Virus record (IMG/VR): IMGVR_UViG_3300042914_002678
Length of the DNA: 64,000 nucleotides
Origin: a virus
Lineage: Duplodnaviria; Caudoviricetes
Direction: 5' to 3' (one strand)
Shown piece after piece: positions 25,994 through 35,923 of this stretch. The number at the start of each line of letters is the position of its first letter. The stretch's first letter is position 1. The notes beneath the pieces were generated by a model. It had not been told where the DNA came from. It made no database searches and was given only the letters and a program-made list of their open reading frames with translations. Made by a program: the position numbers and the translations under genes.

Positions 25994-26209
25994 ATGACTC
26001 TTACAGCAAAATTCAAGAAAGATGTGCAAACCCTTCGTGGTGCAGCAAATGGTGATTTCTACCTTGATGTAAAGAATCCGAAACTATACAAAAAGGTTCG
26101 CCGCTACTACGAAAACGAAGGTGTAGTATTCTCTGGTGATCCTCTTGATGACTATGAAATGCTTATGGAATACGTCGCTAGTGATCTTGAATCAGTTGAA
26201 GTAGCATGA
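25994..26209 (+). CDS. Conserved cyanophage hypothetical protein
   Basis: 71-aa ORF directly downstream of the promoter. Confidence 0.8.
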   Translation: MTLTAKFKKDVQTLRGAANGDFYLDVKNPKLYKKVRRYYENEGVVFSGDPLDDYEMLMEYVASDLESVEVA

Positions 26210-26442
26210 AGACTAAAGTTCTTTTTGAACGTGAAGGATATCGCTTTGTAGAAGTTGGTATTCTTGAAATTAACGGTAAACCTGATTACCGTATGCAAAA
26301 ACAAAATGAATACACCAAACGTTGGAATGACATTTATCTCTTTGATAATGGTTTACAATGTACTACTGCAATGGAAGACATTGAATATGCGAAATGGTTA
26401 GACCCAGATAGAGTTCCATGCTACGTTAGAGATGATGATTAA
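26206..26442 (+). CDS. Hypothetical protein
   Basis: 78-aa ORF, ATGA coupled. Confidence 0.75.
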   Translation: MKTKVLFEREGYRFVEVGILEINGKPDYRMQKQNEYTKRWNDIYLFDNGLQCTTAMEDIEYAKWLDPDRVPCYVRDDD

Positions 26443-26490
26443 ATAGACACGGATGGTCTATAACAGCACTGGTCGGGAGCAAACCCCTTT

Positions 26491-26718
26491 ATGGCAAAAT
26501 CTGATTTATTCAGATACATTGGCAATATTCTTCTTTTGTCGGGATATTTTTTCCTGCTTTGGGGAGATATGCAAATTGGATTATTTGTAAAATGTATTGG
26601 GAATATTTTTGTTGTTCCCTTTGCAATCAAATATAAGTTTTGGGATATACTTTTCTTATGTGGATTTTATGCTGCTATTGAAGTACCAAAACTAATCCAA
26701 CTTTTCCTAGTTAAGTAA
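26491..26718 (+). CDS. Small multi-pass membrane protein
   Basis: 75 aa with about three hydrophobic segments. Confidence 0.7.
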   Translation: MAKSDLFRYIGNILLLSGYFFLLWGDMQIGLFVKCIGNIFVVPFAIKYKFWDILFLCGFYAAIEVPKLIQLFLVK

Positions 26719-26721
26719 AAC

Positions 26722-26845
26722 TAGGTGGTGGAGTCAATATGACCCCTTGGTTTCTTGCTTTTCCTCAAGAGCAAGTGGTGCGGATGGGGAATTCTTTCTC
26801 CGCCTGGTTTCCAATTTCCAGTTAAAGAATTGGTGGCGAGCCTGA
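26722..26845 (+). ncRNA. manA-like (manA/wcaG class) cyanophage structured RNA
   Basis: Two tandem modules, GGTTTCTTGC...GAGCAAGTGGTGCGGATGG and CTGGTTTCCAATTTCCAG...AATTGGTGGCGAGC, the second an H-type pseudoknot. Resembles the manA motif as I recall it; needs a covariance-model check. Confidence 0.65.
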
Positions 26846-26852
26846 GTTACCG

Positions 26853-26888
26853 AGGTGGGTTGCATAAACCCACCTTTTTTAGTATAAT
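26853..26888 (+). terminator. Intrinsic terminator overlapping a sigma70-type promoter
   Basis: aggtgggt-tgcataa-acccacct plus T-run. TTGCAT (26860), 17 nt, TATAAT (26883). Confidence 0.75.
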
Positions 26889-26904
26889 ATATAAAGGGAG
26901 TTTA

Positions 26905-28005
26905 ATGCAATCTATGAGTGATTATACGAAAACAGCACTTGTACTTGGTGCTGGTGGGTTTATTGGAAGTCATATGGTGAAGAGGTTGAAATCAGAGGGG
27001 TATTGGGTTCGTGGTGTGGACCTTAAGTATCCTGAGTTTTCTGTCTCTGAAGCAGATGAATTTATTCAGGGAGACTTGCGCGACATGAGTTTTGTTCGCC
27101 GTGTTCTTGAATTCAAAGGAGAGCAAGGTAATTTTTACGCTAATGTTCCTTATCGTTACATTCTTCCTTTTCACGAGATCTATCAGTTCGCTGCTGATAT
27201 GGGTGGTGCTGGATTTGTGTTCACTGGAGAGAACGATGCAGATATTATGCATAACTCCGCAACAATTAACCTCAATGTCCTTGAAGCACAACGTCAACTG
27301 AATGAAACATTTAATGGTGTTGAAAAAGAATGGACTAATTGTAACCGTCCTGTTCTAGATTACCAGACTAAAATTTTCTACTCTGGATCTGCCTGCATGT
27401 ATCCAGAGCACAATCAATTAGACCCAGATAATCCAGATTGTCGTGAAGAATCAGCATACCCTGCCAATCCAGATTCTGAATATGGTTGGGAGAAACTGTT
27501 CTCAGAGCGGTTGTTTTTCGCTTATTCACGTAACCATGGTATTCCTGTTAGGGTTGCTCGGTATCATAATATTTTTGGACCAGAGGGAACTTGGGAAGGA
27601 GGTAGAGAAAAAGCACCAGCTGCAATTTGTCGTAAAGTGGCATATCTTCCAAAAGAAGGTGGCACAATTGATGTGTGGGGTGATGGAAAACAGACTCGTT
27701 CCTTCCTGTATATTGATGAATGTATTGAAGCAACCCGTCGTTTGATGGACTCTAATTTCCAAGGTCCTGTGAATATTGGTTCTGAGGAAATGGTAACCAT
27801 CAATCAACTTGTAGAAACTGCTGCTAAAGTTGCTGGTAAGAATGTGGAGAAGAATCATATTGATGGTCCCCTTGGGGTTCGTGGTCGTAACTCTAATAAC
27901 GATTTAATTCGTGAGAAACTTGGATGGGATTACTCCCAAACCTTAGAAGAAGGAATCGCAAAAACGTATAGGTGGATTGAGGAACAAATAAATGTCAAGG
28001 CATAA
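26905..28005 (+). CDS. NAD-dependent epimerase, GDP-mannose 3',5'-epimerase-like (WcaG/SDR family)
   Basis: LVLGAGGFIGSH, AADMGGAGF, SGSACMYPEHNQ, YGWEK, RYHNIFGPEGTW, GVRGRNS. Start at 26905 or 26914. Confidence 0.9.
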   Translation: MQSMSDYTKTALVLGAGGFIGSHMVKRLKSEGYWVRGVDLKYPEFSVSEADEFIQGDLRDMSFVRRVLEFKGEQGNFYANVPYRYILPFHEIYQFAADMGGAGFVFTGENDADIMHNSATINLNVLEAQRQLNETFNGVEKEWTNCNRPVLDYQTKIFYSGSACMYPEHNQLDPDNPDCREESAYPANPDSEYGWEKLFSERLFFAYSRNHGIPVRVARYHNIFGPEGTWEGGREKAPAAICRKVAYLPKEGGTIDVWGDGKQTRSFLYIDECIEATRRLMDSNFQGPVNIGSEEMVTINQLVETAAKVAGKNVEKNHIDGPLGVRGRNSNNDLIREKLGWDYSQTLEEGIAKTYRWIEEQINVKA

Positions 28006-28798
28006 GTTTAATCTTGTAGGCAATACCTTTGACTATGCCGATGCTCCAAAGTGTTCTGTTTGGGGTAAAGAGTCGAAGAAAACTGAATGGGTAAGTGAAG
28101 GTGGAGATGGAACCTTTTACATTGATGCTGCCATAGGTTATGCATTTGATGATGATGTTAAGGGTCCAAAGTATGCTTGGATTCTTGAGTCTGCTGCAAT
28201 TCTTCCACAAATTACTGATTTTGTAAAAGGTGCAGGCAGAGAAAGAGTATTGAATTCTTTTGATATTATCTTTACTCATAACAAAGACTTAATTAAGATT
28301 AATCCAGAAAAATTTAAATGGGTTCCTGCACAGGGAACTTGGATTAAACAACCAAAGGTATATGAGAAGTCTAAGATGATTTCGATGATTTCCTCAAATA
28401 AAACAATGTGTGAGGGGCATAGAAAGCGTCTTGAATGGGTTGAAAGATTTAAGGATCAGGTTGATTTCTATGGTCGTGGGTTTCCGACCGAAATTAAGTT
28501 TAAGGAGGAAGGTTTGTGTGATTATATGTTCTCAATTGCAATTGAGAACGCTTCATACGAAACTTACTTTACTGAAAAAATCTTAGATTGTTTTGCCACT
28601 GGAACTATTCCCGTTTATTATGGTGCTCCTGATATTGGGGATTATTTTAATAAGGATGGCATCATTGATCTAAGTGAAGAGTTTGAGGTCTCAGATGATA
28701 TCTACTACAGTAAAATGGATGCTATCGAAGAGAACTTAGAAAAAGCTAAAAAAATGGAAGTGCTTGAAGATTTTATTTGGGAGAATTATTTCGCATGA
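27992..28798 (+). CDS. Glycosyltransferase family 10 (alpha-1,3-fucosyltransferase-like)
   Basis: YMFSIAIEN...YFTEKILDCFATGTIPVYYG motif. Confidence 0.82.
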   Translation: MSRHKFNLVGNTFDYADAPKCSVWGKESKKTEWVSEGGDGTFYIDAAIGYAFDDDVKGPKYAWILESAAILPQITDFVKGAGRERVLNSFDIIFTHNKDLIKINPEKFKWVPAQGTWIKQPKVYEKSKMISMISSNKTMCEGHRKRLEWVERFKDQVDFYGRGFPTEIKFKEEGLCDYMFSIAIENASYETYFTEKILDCFATGTIPVYYGAPDIGDYFNKDGIIDLSEEFEVSDDIYYSKMDAIEENLEKAKKMEVLEDFIWENYFA

Positions 28799-29337
28799 CA
28801 AAAGAAGTATTTGATTTGGCAGTGTCTGAAGGTAGACCTGTTTGCTATTATATCTTTAGAGATCTTGGAATCGGTAAAGAGTGTAAGTATTTTGTAGAGA
28901 CTGGAACTCATTTTGGTGGTAGCGTTCAGTTTGCTTTGGATCTTGGGTTTGAGCAAATTTACAGTTGTGAATTTATGGAGGATCGTTATCAGCATTGTAT
29001 GGAAAAATTCCAAGACAATGATAATGTAAATCTTTGGTTGGGTGATTCCAGTGATTGCTTTGCTGATATGATGAAGCAAGTGGACAAAAGAACTTGCTTT
29101 TGGCTAGATGCTCACGGAGAGGGTGGTGGAGTTCCTACGTTTGAAGAACTTGATTTGATTGAACAGAATGAAATCAAGAATCATACCATTGTGATTGATG
29201 ATATCCCCGTATATTTCCTTGGTAAAGAAAAGGAATTGGAAGAGAAACTACTTTCAATAAATCCTGATTATACGCTTAAGTATTATAAGTCTATTAATCC
29301 AACGGACGATTATGTTTTAGTTGCTTACGTCGAGTGA
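28795..29337 (+). CDS. SAM-dependent methyltransferase-like protein
   Basis: FVETGTHFGG, FWLDAH, IVIDD. Confidence 0.75.
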   Translation: MTKEVFDLAVSEGRPVCYYIFRDLGIGKECKYFVETGTHFGGSVQFALDLGFEQIYSCEFMEDRYQHCMEKFQDNDNVNLWLGDSSDCFADMMKQVDKRTCFWLDAHGEGGGVPTFEELDLIEQNEIKNHTIVIDDIPVYFLGKEKELEEKLLSINPDYTLKYYKSINPTDDYVLVAYVE

Positions 29338-29338
29338 T

Positions 29339-30046
29339 ATGAAACCTTGCATAATTAAACAACCTGCGGGAATTGGTGATGTTTTCTTTCTTCAAAAAGT
29401 AGCACACACTTATCGGGAAAAAGGTTGCAAAATTATTTGGGCACTTAGAGATGATATTTTCTGGGTTTCTGAATACATACCTGATATTGAATGGTATAAA
29501 TTGAGTGATCAGTTTCCAGGAAAAGAGTTGTTTAATTATGCTGGATTTGGTGAAACGGATGAATTTATTTACATAGATGCTTCAACTGCAGATAGAACTT
29601 TCAATACTGATCCCACAAGGATTATGTCTGCAAAATTTGGTTTAGTTGGACTTGATCACACTGACTGGGGAAAGTATTTTAAATTCAATCGCAACTATGA
29701 AAAAGAAAACAAACTTTATTATGAAGTTTTAGGTCTTACTGATGATAGTGAATATGTTTATGTAAACGATATTATCAATACTAATATAGTTAAGACCGGT
29801 AAATTTAATAATTTGGAGTTTAAGTATCCTGCAATTTTTAATCAAATCTATGAAGAATATACTTTATTTGATTGGATTAAAGTATGGGAGAATGCAAAAG
29901 AAATTCATACTATTCCAACAGGAATGTGTTTTATTATAGATGTCATTGACACTAAAGGAGAGATATACTATTATCCTCAGGACGAGAGACAATATAAAGA
30001 TGTGATAGACATCTTTAGCAAAGTTACTGAATACAGAAATGCTTGA
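29339..30046 (+). CDS. Glycosyltransferase-like hypothetical protein
   Basis: N-terminal QPAGIGDVFF motif, located in the glycosylation island. Confidence 0.55.
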   Translation: MKPCIIKQPAGIGDVFFLQKVAHTYREKGCKIIWALRDDIFWVSEYIPDIEWYKLSDQFPGKELFNYAGFGETDEFIYIDASTADRTFNTDPTRIMSAKFGLVGLDHTDWGKYFKFNRNYEKENKLYYEVLGLTDDSEYVYVNDIINTNIVKTGKFNNLEFKYPAIFNQIYEEYTLFDWIKVWENAKEIHTIPTGMCFIIDVIDTKGEIYYYPQDERQYKDVIDIFSKVTEYRNA

Positions 30047-30668
30047 AAATTATTCAAAGAACATAGATGGAATTGTCTATCAGGTAGATAAACAACACAT
30101 CGATTATGATAAAGATTATGTGAATACTCGCTATGTTAAGTATGGAGAACTTCCAACTTATATGGGATATTTGCGTTTAGGTAATATTATTGGATCTCTT
30201 AATCGAGTTCCAAAAAGTATTCTTGATGTTGGTTATGGTGATGGATCTTTTTTGAAAGTCTGTAATAATATTGTTCCCGAATGTTATGGGTATGATATTT
30301 CAACCTATCCTATTCCAAATGGATGTACTCAAGTTGAAAGTATTACAGAAAATTTTTATGATGTAATTACTTTCTTTGATTCTCTCGAACACTTTGAAGA
30401 CATTGATTTTGTTCGTGATTTGAAGTGTAGTGCTGTGTGCATTTCTGTTCCTCATTGCCACTATAAAAACGATGAGTGGTTTGAGAATTGGAAACATAGG
30501 AGACCAAATGAACACCTTTGGCACTTTGATAAAAAATCATTGGTTACATTTATGAACAGAATGGGATATGAAATTATATCTTCTAGCAATGTAGAAGATA
30601 CTATTCGTAAAAATAAGGAAGAAGAATCTAACATTTTGACTTGTGTTTTTAAAAAAGTAAAAGTATGA
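30039..30668 (+). CDS. Class I SAM-dependent methyltransferase
   Basis: ILDVGYGDGSFL, YDVITFFDSLEHF, EHLWHF. Confidence 0.88.
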   Translation: MLENYSKNIDGIVYQVDKQHIDYDKDYVNTRYVKYGELPTYMGYLRLGNIIGSLNRVPKSILDVGYGDGSFLKVCNNIVPECYGYDISTYPIPNGCTQVESITENFYDVITFFDSLEHFEDIDFVRDLKCSAVCISVPHCHYKNDEWFENWKHRRPNEHLWHFDKKSLVTFMNRMGYEIISSSNVEDTIRKNKEEESNILTCVFKKVKV

Positions 30669-31675
30669 AAGCTGTTGTATTAGAAAAAATTGATGCACCT
30701 CTTGCGATTAGAGATGTTGAATTGACTGAACTAAAGGTGGGTCAGGTTCTTGTTAAGATACTTGTAAGTGGTTTGTGTGGCGCACAACTCCATGAAATTC
30801 GTGGTCATAAGGGAAATGCAAAGTTTCTTCCTCATCTAATGGGTCATGAAGGATGTGGCATTGTTGAAGAAGTTGGACCTGGTGTAACCACAGTTAAAGT
30901 TGGTGATAAGGTTGTGATGCATTGGAGACCTGGAACTGGAATTGAAGCACCATTTCCATCATATGTTCTCGATGGAAAATCGATGAGTAGTGGTAAAGTA
31001 ACTACTTTAAGTGAGTATTCTATTGTATCCGAAAATAGACTAACTACTGTCCCTCAAGATACTCCAGAAGATTTGTGTGCAATTCTCGGTTGTGCTCTGA
31101 CGACTGCAATGGGAATTATTGATAATGAGATTGATCTTAAGTTTGGTGAAAGCGTTGCTGTTGTTGGATGTGGTGGTGTTGGATTGAACTTGATTCAAGC
31201 AGCAGCACTTAAGAGTGCGTGCCCAATCTATGCAATTGATAATAATGTGACAAAGAGAGATCTTTGCTTTACTGCTGGAGCATCTCTCTTTACTAACTCT
31301 ATCAACAATTTGGAGGAAAGTGTAGATGTAATTATTGATACTACAGGTATTCCTGAAGTTATTAGTGAGTGTGCATCAAAACTTTCTGGTAAAGGGCGTA
31401 TGGTTCTAGTTGGGCAACCAGCTCCTGGACGTGGTATTGAGATTATGAATGCACTTAACCTTTTTAATGGTATGGGTCAAAGTATTAAAGCAACTCAAGG
31501 TGGAAAGACCAATCCTGCAGAAGATATCCCTCGTTATGTTCGTATGCATAAAGAAGGTTTGTTAGATATCAAGCAATTTGTTACACATCGTTTCAAACTA
31601 GATGAAGTAAATGATGCATTCGACTTGCTTAAGTCAGGAAATGCTGGTAGAATTATTGTCGAAATAGGAGTATAA
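30665..31675 (+). CDS. Zinc-binding (medium-chain) alcohol dehydrogenase
   Basis: GLCGAQLH, MGHEGCG, ILGCALTTAMG, GCGGVG. Confidence 0.92.
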   Translation: MKAVVLEKIDAPLAIRDVELTELKVGQVLVKILVSGLCGAQLHEIRGHKGNAKFLPHLMGHEGCGIVEEVGPGVTTVKVGDKVVMHWRPGTGIEAPFPSYVLDGKSMSSGKVTTLSEYSIVSENRLTTVPQDTPEDLCAILGCALTTAMGIIDNEIDLKFGESVAVVGCGGVGLNLIQAAALKSACPIYAIDNNVTKRDLCFTAGASLFTNSINNLEESVDVIIDTTGIPEVISECASKLSGKGRMVLVGQPAPGRGIEIMNALNLFNGMGQSIKATQGGKTNPAEDIPRYVRMHKEGLLDIKQFVTHRFKLDEVNDAFDLLKSGNAGRIIVEIGV

Positions 31676-31678
31676 TAG

Positions 31679-32887
31679 ATGAGAGGAACTGATTGGACGC
31701 CTGAAGGTCTTCGTTCTTTTGTAGATAAGATCGCAGAACATCACGATGCTGGTCGTTTGCCTTTTGCCCTCCACCTTCCTGGTGGTAATGAAGAGCAATT
31801 GATTGATATTTTTTCGAACATTAATGAGGGGGATTACGTTTTATCCACTCATAGAAATATGTACCATGCCTTGTTGCACGGTCTTCCTCCAGAAGAAGTT
31901 GAGAATAAAATTCTTAATGGTCGAAGTATGTTTATGTTTGATCGTGAACGTAACTTCTACGTCTCTGCTATTATTGGTGGACCTGTTGCAATTGCTGTAG
32001 GCATTGCTTGGGCATTGAAGCGTAAGGGATCAACTCAAAAGGTTTGGTGCTTCCTTGGTGATGGAACTGAAGATACTGGGCACTTTGCAGAAGCAGTGCG
32101 TTATGTGGATGGATTCGATCTTCCCTGCACCTTTGTGATAGAAGATGACAGAATGGCAGTAGAAGCACCAAAAGAACGTCGCTGGGGAACTGATAAAGAC
32201 CTTGATTGGCCTTCTTGCGTTGTTCGCTACCATTACACTAAGACTCGCCCTCACATTCGTACTGGTAACTTTGCCGACTTGAAGGTGATGAAGGAAATTA
32301 TGCGAACTGATGAGGAGTATTTCCCTCTTCTTCCTAAGCGCGAGTATCCAAAACCAGTTGATTATCATCCCCTTGATATAAAGTTCAAGGATGCAGTAAC
32401 TCAGGGTATGACTGAACTTGGTGAAGATGGTGCAATCTTTATTGGATATAGTCTCATTCCTGGTGATGCAATGGGAACTCTCAAGAATGTTCCTGATGAC
32501 CAAAAGATTGAAACTCCCGTTGCAGAAAATCTAATGGTTGGTCTTGCAATTGGTATGTCATTTGAAGGTTTTAAACCAGTTGTTTATTTTGAACGGCATG
32601 ACTTTATGTTGGTTGCTGCCGATGCCATTGGCAATCATGTAGATAAAATCGAAAGAATCTCACACGGAGAATTTAAAGTTCCTATCATTCTAAAAACTGT
32701 TGTTGATGATGGTGGACTGTTCTATTCTGGACCTACTCATTCTCAGGACTTTACAAAAGTATTCCAAGAGTTGGTAGATTTCCCTGTTCTTGACCCTCAA
32801 ACTCCAGAGGAAGCTTTGGATATGTATAGGTATGCCAAAGATAGTGATGGTCCTGTGATGATTGTAGAGCACAAAAAGTTCCACTGA
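31679..32887 (+). CDS. TPP-dependent enzyme, fused E1-alpha-like and transketolase pyrimidine-binding domains
   Basis: STHR, GDG...EAV...VIEDD (TPP site) in the N-half; ETPVAENLMVGLAIG, GPTHSQ in the C-half. Confidence 0.88.
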   Translation: MRGTDWTPEGLRSFVDKIAEHHDAGRLPFALHLPGGNEEQLIDIFSNINEGDYVLSTHRNMYHALLHGLPPEEVENKILNGRSMFMFDRERNFYVSAIIGGPVAIAVGIAWALKRKGSTQKVWCFLGDGTEDTGHFAEAVRYVDGFDLPCTFVIEDDRMAVEAPKERRWGTDKDLDWPSCVVRYHYTKTRPHIRTGNFADLKVMKEIMRTDEEYFPLLPKREYPKPVDYHPLDIKFKDAVTQGMTELGEDGAIFIGYSLIPGDAMGTLKNVPDDQKIETPVAENLMVGLAIGMSFEGFKPVVYFERHDFMLVAADAIGNHVDKIERISHGEFKVPIILKTVVDDGGLFYSGPTHSQDFTKVFQELVDFPVLDPQTPEEALDMYRYAKDSDGPVMIVEHKKFH

Positions 32888-33699
32888 TGAAAACATATGT
32901 GTCCCTAGGAATCGGGGATTTATTTTTTCTCGATTCCATTCTTACAAAAGATGAGAAAGAAAGCATAACTGAAATCTATTGGGCATGTAGATTTGGATAT
33001 GTGATGAAAGATTTGTTGGAGAATAACCCATCATATCCAAATCTTATCTCTCAATATGTTATTGATGATGAAACTGGAAAGGCAGCAATGGCAACGCTTG
33101 ATCCTATTGCTGTCCCTTTTTGGCATTTTAGACCTGACTTTGAACGTAACTTTAAAGTTGGGTTAAAACTATTTGGTATCGAGAGTGATTGGGATAATCA
33201 AAATCTTCAGATAGTTGATGCTGTAAGTATGTTTCTGGATGACACAAGACCATTCCAAGAATCGTCTTTTATCAAACACGCCGATAGAATTGATGACAAC
33301 TACATCGTCTTTCATTACCCAACATCAACCAGACCAAGAAGTGACATCGCACACATTACTGATGATGATGTTGAGTTTGTGAATCAGTTATCAAGAGAAA
33401 CTGGTTATTGTGTCAAGATTATCTCCGATCATAAAGTAGATCTTGCAATTGAGAATCAAGAGCAGTTTATTAATGAACCCATTATTAAAGTAAAAGACTT
33501 GGTTGCCAATTGTAATTATTATGCTGGTTGCGATTCTTTCTGTAGTATTCTTGCGGCAAAAGCACTTCCAAAAGAAAACTTGTTTATTAAAACATCACCA
33601 AACTTTACTGGATGGAATAATTGGTTATTTCGAGCATTCCTTCCACATTCTCCCGAAGAAGTAAAGCAATTTTATAAACCATACATTGGAAGACCATGA
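32887..33699 (+). CDS. Glycosyltransferase-like protein (GT9/heptosyltransferase-like motifs)
   Basis: N-terminal LGIGDL and C-terminal YYAGCDSFCSILAA resemble GT9 motifs. Sits next to the heptose genes. Confidence 0.5.
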   Translation: MKTYVSLGIGDLFFLDSILTKDEKESITEIYWACRFGYVMKDLLENNPSYPNLISQYVIDDETGKAAMATLDPIAVPFWHFRPDFERNFKVGLKLFGIESDWDNQNLQIVDAVSMFLDDTRPFQESSFIKHADRIDDNYIVFHYPTSTRPRSDIAHITDDDVEFVNQLSRETGYCVKIISDHKVDLAIENQEQFINEPIIKVKDLVANCNYYAGCDSFCSILAAKALPKENLFIKTSPNFTGWNNWLFRAFLPHSPEEVKQFYKPYIGRP

Positions 33700-34427
33700 G
33701 TAGTATACTAGTTATTGGTGAGACTTGTAGAGATGTATTTGTCTATTGTGATTCCAATAGACTTTGCCCAGAAGCACCTGTTCCCGTTCTGAATATTGTA
33801 GACCAGAGGGAAAACCCTGGGATGGCTGGTAATGTTCGTAGAAATATTGAGAGTCTTTCTGGAAAGGTAATTAACATAACAACCAATTCTAATTGGTATG
33901 AGATTGTAAAAACAAGATATGTGCATCGAGAGAGTAATCATATGTTCTTTCGAGTAGATACAACACAACCAACTCCTAGATTAAATGTTAAAGATCTTGA
34001 TTTGGATTATGATTTAGTCGTTATTTCAGATTATAATAAAGGGTTTCTTCTTGAAGATGACATTTCATATATTTGTTCTAATCATAGTAATGTGTTTATA
34101 GATACAAAGAAAATTCTTGGTGATTGGGTGAAGGAAGCGAGGTTTATTAAAATCAATGATTATGAGTATCGTAATTCTGAAAAGTATTTGACAAGTGAGA
34201 TAAAGGAAAAGATCATCCATACTATGGGGGGTCTTGGATGTGAGTATAAAGGAAAAAGATACCCAACTAAAAAAGTAGAAGTTAAAGATCTATCTGGTGC
34301 TGGTGATACTTTCATGGCAGCACTAGTAGTAAAATTTATAGAAACAGACAATATTGATAAGAGTATTGTATATGCAAATGAATGTGCATCTAAAGTAGTA
34401 ACTCAAAAAGGAGTAGCAGTCCTATGA
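33696..34427 (+). CDS. rfaE: Heptose kinase (HldE/RfaE domain I, PfkB family)
   Basis: RLCPEAPVPV, GMAGNV, VISDYNKG, DLSGAGDTF. Confidence 0.9.
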   Translation: MSSILVIGETCRDVFVYCDSNRLCPEAPVPVLNIVDQRENPGMAGNVRRNIESLSGKVINITTNSNWYEIVKTRYVHRESNHMFFRVDTTQPTPRLNVKDLDLDYDLVVISDYNKGFLLEDDISYICSNHSNVFIDTKKILGDWVKEARFIKINDYEYRNSEKYLTSEIKEKIIHTMGGLGCEYKGKRYPTKKVEVKDLSGAGDTFMAALVVKFIETDNIDKSIVYANECASKVVTQKGVAVL

Positions 34428-35206
34428 TTATTCTGACTGGTTACAATGGATTTATTGGAAATGCTTTTTTGGATAAACTTGATAAAGAGAACCTTTATCG
34501 GGTTGGTATTGGTGGAGCATTTAATTTTTTAAATGAATACAATGACTGGGATAAAGTGCAACTAATACTTCATCAGGGTGCTATCTCAAGCACAGTTGAA
34601 ACTGACATAAACAAGATACACAAATATAATGTTGATTTCACGCTTAGATTATTTGAGAAAGCCATTGAATATAAAATTCCAGTTAAGTATGCATCCTCAG
34701 CATCTGTTTATGGAAATCTTCAAGGCATCTTCAATCCATTGAACTACTATGCTATTTCAAAACTACAAATAGATTATTGGGTTCAGGATCATATTAATGA
34801 CTTCTCTTTGATACAAGGTTTTAGATATTTTAATGTCTATGGTAATGGTGAAGACAGTAAGGGAGACCAAGCAAGTCCAGTAAGTAAATTTGCAAAGCAA
34901 ATAAAAGAGACTGGAAAACTTAATTTGTTTGAAGGATCGGATAAGTTTTTGAGAGATTTTATTTGTGTTAATGACGTTGTTGATGTTGTCCTTAACAATG
35001 AGAAAGGATCTGGAATCTATGATCTAGGAACTAGCAATCCTGTGAGTTTCCAACATGTTGCAGAATGTGTTGCAAAGAAGTATAATGGTGATATTAACTA
35101 TATTCCTTTCCCTGACCATTTGGTTGGTAAGTATCAAGACTACACTAAAGCAAAATGTGAATGGGGGGATTATAAGTTTATGCCCGTAGAGGACTACCTT
35201 AAATGA
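34424..35206 (+). CDS. hldD: ADP-L-glycero-D-manno-heptose 6-epimerase
   Basis: ILTGYNGFIG, HQGAISST, YASSASVYG, PLNYYAISK, RYFNVYG, RDFICV. Confidence 0.88.
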   Translation: MIILTGYNGFIGNAFLDKLDKENLYRVGIGGAFNFLNEYNDWDKVQLILHQGAISSTVETDINKIHKYNVDFTLRLFEKAIEYKIPVKYASSASVYGNLQGIFNPLNYYAISKLQIDYWVQDHINDFSLIQGFRYFNVYGNGEDSKGDQASPVSKFAKQIKETGKLNLFEGSDKFLRDFICVNDVVDVVLNNEKGSGIYDLGTSNPVSFQHVAECVAKKYNGDINYIPFPDHLVGKYQDYTKAKCEWGDYKFMPVEDYLK

Positions 35207-35607
35207 TTACAGTATGGACAAATGGATGCTTTGATATATTGCATCCAGGACATATGGAATTATTCAAGATTGCCAAATCTCTTGGTAATCGTTTGATTGT
35301 TGGTATCGATGAGGACCAAAAAGTCCGTAATGATAAAGGACCCAATCGTCCAGTAAATTCATTGTCTTTTCGTAAGGCAATGTTGGAATCAAATAAACAT
35401 ATTGATATTGTAATTCCATTTGGTAGTCGTCAAGAACTTGAGAATCTAATTCAACTTTATTCTCCAGACATTCTCCTTGTAGGTGGTGACTGGAGAAATG
35501 GTGATGTTGTTGGTAGACAATTTGCTAAGGAAGTAAGATTCTTAGATAGAGTTGGTGGATATTCTACTACTGATATTATAAGGAGAATTCATGAAATACG
35601 TTGTTGA
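35203..35607 (+). CDS. Heptose-1-phosphate adenylyltransferase (HldE domain II)
   Basis: TNGCFDILHPGH, KGPNRP, VGGDW, YSTT. Confidence 0.9.
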   Translation: MITVWTNGCFDILHPGHMELFKIAKSLGNRLIVGIDEDQKVRNDKGPNRPVNSLSFRKAMLESNKHIDIVIPFGSRQELENLIQLYSPDILLVGGDWRNGDVVGRQFAKEVRFLDRVGGYSTTDIIRRIHEIRC

Positions 35608-35923
35608 CATTGATGGGACAATTTGCGATAAACCAAGTAATATGCATCACGATGGCGATTACTCTATTAGTGTTCCAATCCCAGGTAGAATTGAAAAAAT
35701 AAATAAACTATACGAAGAGGGACATACTATCGTATATCTCACTGCTAGAGGTATGGGAAGGCACGGTGATTCTAGGATGTTAGCACATAAAGAATTTTAT
35801 AATCTAACTTATAATCAACTCATAAATTGGGGTTGCAAGTTTCACGAACTTCACATGGGTAAACCCTCTGGCGACTTTTACATTGACGATAAGGGTATCA
35901 ATTCTAATGAGTTCTTCAATTAA
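35591..35923 (+). CDS. HAD-family phosphatase
   Basis: VVDIDGTI, YLTARG, GKPSGDFYIDDK. Confidence 0.85.
   Translation: MKYVVDIDGTICDKPSNMHHDGDYSISVPIPGRIEKINKLYEEGHTIVYLTARGMGRHGDSRMLAHKEFYNLTYNQLINWGCKFHELHMGKPSGDFYIDDKGINSNEFFN

Noticed and set aside
26755-26904. N-terminal 50-aa extension of the epimerase ORF
   Set aside because: It overlaps the structured RNA and terminator. A promoter (26860-26888) and an SD (aggga) support a start at 26905/26914.
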